Shown here: piece by piece, positions 62,777-64,000 of the stretch
Position numbering within the stretch: the stretch's first letter is position 1
Layout of the letters: each line of letters begins with the position of its first letter
Origin: Lama glama
Lineage: Eukaryota
Direction of reading: 5' to 3'
DNA: 64,000 nt
Assembly (NCBI GenBank): GCA_028534125.1
Contig: CM052817.1
Span: forward strand, 20,834,001 to 20,898,000
The notes under the pieces: model-generated
What the model saw: only the letters and a program-made list of their open reading frames with translations
Told to the model about the DNA's origin: nothing
Databases searched by the model: none
Program-made: the position numbers and the translations under genes

Positions 62777-64000
62777 CCATGAGGGTGCTCCCCTCCTAGG
62801 TTTGAGTTATTATCTTTGAAAAAAAAATACACACCTATTCGAATGGCCAACATCCAGGAAGGGCAGTATCATATTCTCTTGGATAGCTGCAAGATGCAGA
62901 TTTTTGCTATTTCAAACCACCTTTAAATTTACAATTTCCTATGCGTTAAAATAAAAGTATGGTCATAAATCTGCATTCAGTGAGCTCAGGAGCATGGTGA
63001 CATGTGAAAATATATAAAAACATAAAAAAATGCATGCTGTTCGGGTCACGGGAGTGCCCGCAGCCCTGAAGATTTAGATCCATAGAGATACTCAAGTGTC
63101 CCTCTGAACACTACACTTTTATTTTAGTAGAATTTTGTTTATATATCTTGTTTCTATCTAAGCCTGTGAATTTGTCTAAAATTCCAAAACCCTGTGTTTC
63201 ATCATCAAACAGGCTAACAGCCACGGTCACGTCAGAGAGCGGCTCTGAGATATGCGATGTCAAACTTAACTCTGTGGGAATAAATTGTAACTTCTAATTT
63301 CAATGCAGTTGAGTGTTTTCTGTTTTTTTCTGTATCAGTTTTTTTCCACTCATAAATACAAGTGTCAAAATGTGAACTTTTTAAAATTTTACCTATTCCT
63401 ATTGTGGGTTTTCTCCCCTCCTCTATTTCTCTCTGCGATCTTCCATCCGTTCTTCACAGTCGTCTTTATTTTCCTTGATGAACTGCCTCCGAGAATCCCT
63501 CAGACTCTCCCATTTGATTCTCTCGTATAAAACTGGCCTTTGTAACACTGATAATTGAAGTTTGCCTCAGGGAGCATGTTTGCTTCAGGAAAAGGAAAGG
63601 AATAGTTTTTCCTTATGCGGTAAGATGACAAAGACCAATGATCAAAAGCCTGCCGTAGCAAAGAAAGCCTCGGCACGCTGGGTGTGGGGAGCTCTCTTAG
63701 GACCGCTGTCACGGAAGATACCTGCCCAGTCCTCACACCGAGCCCCCGCTCTTGTCACTACCCACCAGCATCCCACTGAGTGTTAGGGTTGGTACCAGTT
63801 TTGTATCTTTATTTCACTGAGATTTGACGATTTCTGCTTAGGACAGTAGAATTAAAGCTTTCAATTTTAGACCAACATGTTCACCTTATAAAGACAAATT
63901 TTAGGAAATCTTTTCTGCCATTTTTCTTTTCCTACCCCTTTTTAAAGCTGTACCTACATGCTCCTTCATGTTGGACTTTTATAATTGAATTTCCCAATCA

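Noticed and set aside
63390..63570. Possible minus-strand coding exon (…LYERIKWESLRDSRRQFIKENKDDCEERMEDRREK*)
   Set aside because: All frames stop before the putative donor near 63392 and I recognise no homology; BLASTX would settle it.
1..64000. A novel multi-gene system, CRISPR array or operon
   Set aside because: The sequence is mammalian repeat-rich DNA with no long ORFs, regularly spaced direct repeats or gene cluster.

Overview
AT-rich, repeat-dense mammalian DNA, intergenic or deep intronic. The two youngest LINE-1 3' ends and a Tigger2-type MITE point to a cetartiodactyl, most likely a camelid; this is inferred from remembered repeat consensus sequences, not from a database search. 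I found no credible host protein-coding exon, RNA gene, CpG-island promoter or novel biological system. The ORF-track entries are chance ORFs, N-gap read-throughs, or decayed L1 ORF1/ORF2 and transposase fragments. The window is mainly a layered transposable-element record: MIR and L2, old L1 fragments, several solo LTRs (ERV1, ERVL, MaLR) with traceable target-site duplications (TSDs), a near-complete ~2.4 kb hAT Charlie5-like element with an 8-bp TSD, a second Charlie/Buster-type transposase fossil, a Tc2/Kanga remnant and three Tigger2-family MITEs. There are three 500-N gaps, one of them flanked by an exact 75-bp overlap. The points most worth following up are two 5'-inverted L1 insertions, a MITE carrying MIR-like DNA, an ETS/RUNX/IRF motif cluster and a possible non-coding exon pair. 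All are of modest interest. Family names are from recall and boundaries are approximate unless a TSD or TIR is given.
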